This document shows positions 60,484 through 64,000 of a stretch of 64,000 nt of DNA, in pieces. Position 1 is the stretch's first letter. Each line of letters starts with the position of its first letter. Below the pieces are notes generated by a model, which saw nothing but the letters and a program-made list of their open reading frames with translations, was not told the DNA's origin and did not search any database. The position numbers were made by a program, and so were the translations under genes. Source of the DNA: the human T2T-CHM13v2.0 reference genome, Homo sapiens; NCBI RefSeq assembly GCF_009914755.1, contig NC_060938.1, one strand, 5' to 3'.

Positions 60484-62580
60484 CTGCAAAGAAAATTAAA
60501 ATACAAAGGCATTAATAGAGAATTATTAAGTACTTTGCAATAAGTAGATGTATAGCTATTATCACTTCTTTATTTTTAAAAGCTTCTCATTTGTTGACTG
60601 TTTGCCAGCCTTAAATATTATACTGACAGTAGAACTCCATAAAATGCACTTCAATCTTACTTGTATTATGTTTGATAGGCAAAATGAACATATTATTACC
60701 AGGTTATGGTGATACAACAATATTACAATTTTCATACCCAAACTACCAATAAAATGAGAATCTCATTGTTTTTCAGCGTCAACATTGAAGAACACGTGCA
60801 TTCTCTTCTAAAAATGAATTTAACTGTGTCAGATTTCTAAAGTTTGGGGAAAAAAAAAAGAGGGCCGAGACACCCCCAAAAGTCCATCTCTGCTCCAGAA
60901 ATTTAGTTATGTTTTAAAACCATATGACATCGGGATCATTTTATAAAAACAGAAAAGTAATCCCCTTGTTTCTTTCCAGCTTACTCACAAAAGAATGACA
61001 TTTACTCTTGGAATAGAATTCTGTAATTACCTTCCCTAAGCAACAAAAGAACTCAGGCAGCAATGGTAAAGCCCAACTCAGAATCCACTATTTATTTTTT
61101 GGATTCCTCAGTTCCCAGCAATCGACTCCAGCCATTAAGAGTTGAATCTTTAGAAGTCAAACTTTAAAATGCAAATTTTCTAAAACCGTTCTGTGGAGAG
61201 AGGGAGGCTTCCTGTGAGGCCCACTTCCTGTGAAGCGTTTGGTCTATGGACAGCCTATTTTTAAAAATGTAAGTCCTTCCTTTGAGGCCCCCCGGAACTG
61301 GCAGCAGGCCGACGGGCAATCGTTCCTCTGGCCGCACACTTTCAAGTGACCGAATGTACCCAAACTGTTTGATAAGGTCATTTGTAAATATTTACTGATT
61401 TGCAGAGAAAAGAAGTTAAATTACATAAACCCGTGCCCACCTCCTGCTTTCAGCCAACAGTAAGATTGATGTTGTCCTCCAACATTTAGAAAGCAAACAA
61501 GAAGCTGTTTAACTAACATGGGGGAAGGGGACAATCCAAGAAAATCCCACTGAAGGAGCTGTAAAAACAAGTTACTCCTAAAATCTTTTTAAAAGTTTAA
61601 AAAAATCTGTGTTTCATCATCAGTTCACCCGAGTAGTTTCCTTACAAACATTATTCACAGAGCCCATTAAAATACTTTATTATCAACAACATCAGCAAGC
61701 CGTGCAACTGGAATTAACTCTTTCTGGTGCAATGAGAATAGGAGAATTGCTCAAAACCACAGCCAGGGGCTGGAACCTCTGACCACTCTAGTCACCCACC
61801 CCCACGTGCAGGCCTGACCCCAGACACAGGTCAGAGTCTGGCTGGACACTCTATGCTTAAACATCAATGTTCTCAGTTTAACCAACCGGATGTTTAAAGA
61901 CCTGAAAGATTTCAACTTTGGAAAATTCAACATTCCTACGTGTTTTTTCCTTTCACGCACACATTCTCAAACCCAGAATAGTTCAGGGGGAGCAGTGAGA
62001 CTTTGCAAGTAAATCAGGCGGGCCACTCAATAATCTGCCCTGGAAGCTTCATCCCTTCCTTTGGAAAAGAGCTGTGCAGAAGAAAGCCAAAAGCTAAGGA
62101 GTGGAGAGGTTTGGGGGGAAAGACAGGAGACAGGTAACTACCAAATTTGGAAAACATAAAACAAACCACCAAATCCTGTCAACAGTAGGGGTCTGGCCTG
62201 ATTCCATCAAAGGCTCCCGGTGGAGCCCTGGGCCAGTGGGACCTGCCTTTCTGATCCCTTGCACCCAAGGCTCCAAACCAGCAATAGCTACACTGAGGGC
62301 CATGGCTGACATGTGACCCAAACATTTCTGCAATGATATTGTCTCAATTCTGGAAACCCAATGGCTTTTGTTCTCATCATGGTGGCTTTCAGGGTGGGAC
62401 CATTTAATCTTAACGCTACAAAAATAATATGACAAAGAAATGAAGGACAACCGGTTGGCCTTCTCAGGGAAATAACCGTAAGCCAAGAACGTGGTTTCTC
62501 CTAATCCTAACCTAAGTGTTTGTTTACTGTACCCTTGTATACCCATATTAATGTATGCTACCATTTAAAAGCTAAGCAGA

Positions 62581-62694
62581 TTGAACCCAGGAGCCAGAAG
62601 CTGCAGCGAGCGGAGATCGCACCATTTGCACTCCAGCTGGGGCAAGAACAGTGAAACGCCATCTCAAAACAAATAAATACATAAAAATAAAAAC
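62581..62694 (+). mobile_element. 5'-truncated Alu (right-arm end)
   Basis: 14-bp TSD AAAAGCTAAGCAGA (62567-62580, 62695-62708) at a canonical TTT/AAAA site. Confidence 0.85.
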
Positions 62695-63414
62695 AAAAGC
62701 TAAGCAGAATAAACCCCCAGGACTGTGCAGGACATTCACAAGGTAATTGATCCAGATGCAGAGAGGCAGGCTGAAGAATAGTAAGAACAGGTGATCTGGA
62801 GCCACACAGACGTTTCCTGAGTGGCCCTGCACAAATCACAGCGCCATGGGAAGTCTTGCTTCCTCACTGGTAAAACAGTGACCCACTTAGAGATAGCTGG
62901 GAGGCTCAGAGATGGCATAATATAAAACACCTTCAGTAGCGGCCCTACCTACAGGTACTCAATAAATGGCAGACAGCATCATGAAAATCTCCTTTTGGAC
63001 ACAAGAAAGACAATGAAACTGGCTTACAATGTCTTTCATTGAACCATATCTGATTGATTTTCATCTCCAACAGCAGCGGTGGGAAGGGCCTCCAGCAAAC
63101 AGATGGGACGAGTGAAGATAAAATGATCATCTATTTGAATGCAGTGGTGGTCCTGGCTCAACAAATTCACTGGGAAGAGCTTTTTGACATTCTCAGCTCC
63201 CCCTCTATTTGCATCACTCCCTGCATCTGCTTTCTATGAACCCCACACCCCACACTCACTACTGGGACTTCTCCCTTGCTAGGGAAGCTACTATCACTGA
63301 CTCATGACTACCTGGCTGCTGAAAGTCTTTTGCCCAGGTCTCTGCACTGTCAACATCAAGCTGAGGTTTAATTCCATACTTGGTCAGTTCATTGTGGCCA
63401 TCTCCCAAAAAAAA

Positions 63415-63678
<264 letters not shown>

Positions 63679-63886
63679 TAGTAAAATGGTTTACTTGAAA
63701 ACTTTAAAAATGGAAATATGCAAAGGATAGAATGCTCAAGTTTCTTAGGCCAGGAAAAATTACATTTAATGTTCCTAATAGGAGAGAGAAGGCTATAACT
63801 TGATTATAGTTGTGTAGTAAGTTTGAGAGTTGGAGCTTTCTTAGAAAAATATCTGCATCTCATCTGAAGACAAGAATATGGAATGC

Positions 63887-64000
63887 TTTTTTTGTTTGTT
63901 TTTTTTTGTTTGTTTTTTTTTAGACAGAGTCTCGCTCTTGTTGCCCAGGCTGGAGCGCAGTGGCACAATCTTGGCTCATTGCAATCTCCGCCTCCCAGGT
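63887..64000 (-). mobile_element. Alu 3' end, running off the right edge
   Basis: T-tail followed by AGACAGAGTCTCGCTCTTGTTGCCCAGG. Confidence 0.9.

Overview
Human (ape-type) genomic DNA with about 36 Alus, including AluY. The window lies almost entirely inside introns of the minus-strand forkhead gene FOXN3 (CHES1). The only protein-coding sequence I can support is one 137-nt FOXN3 exon (60347-60483, minus strand; [45 protein letters not shown]), which the ORF track misses. Bases 1 to about 1313 are a decayed, intronless CAP2 retrocopy that runs off the left edge. The rest is Alu, L1M, MaLR/ERV LTRs, MER DNA transposons, MIR/L2, microsatellites, a 204-bp (CAC)n tract and an 11 x 38-bp VNTR. 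The strongest unexplained signal is a dense cluster of RFX X-boxes at 59108-59281. Its sites occur in pairs 20 bp apart and are mixed with FOXN-type (G)ACGC sites and retained CpGs. It sits just upstream of a plus-strand (antisense) exon-like segment pointing at the FOXN3 exon, which suggests a cilia-programme (RFX/FOXN) antisense promoter inside FOXN3. Also noted: a frame-compatible 144-nt cryptic cassette exon, an unexplained 40-bp dispersed duplication and a tailless Alu. Repeat subfamily names and boundaries are by eye and approximate.
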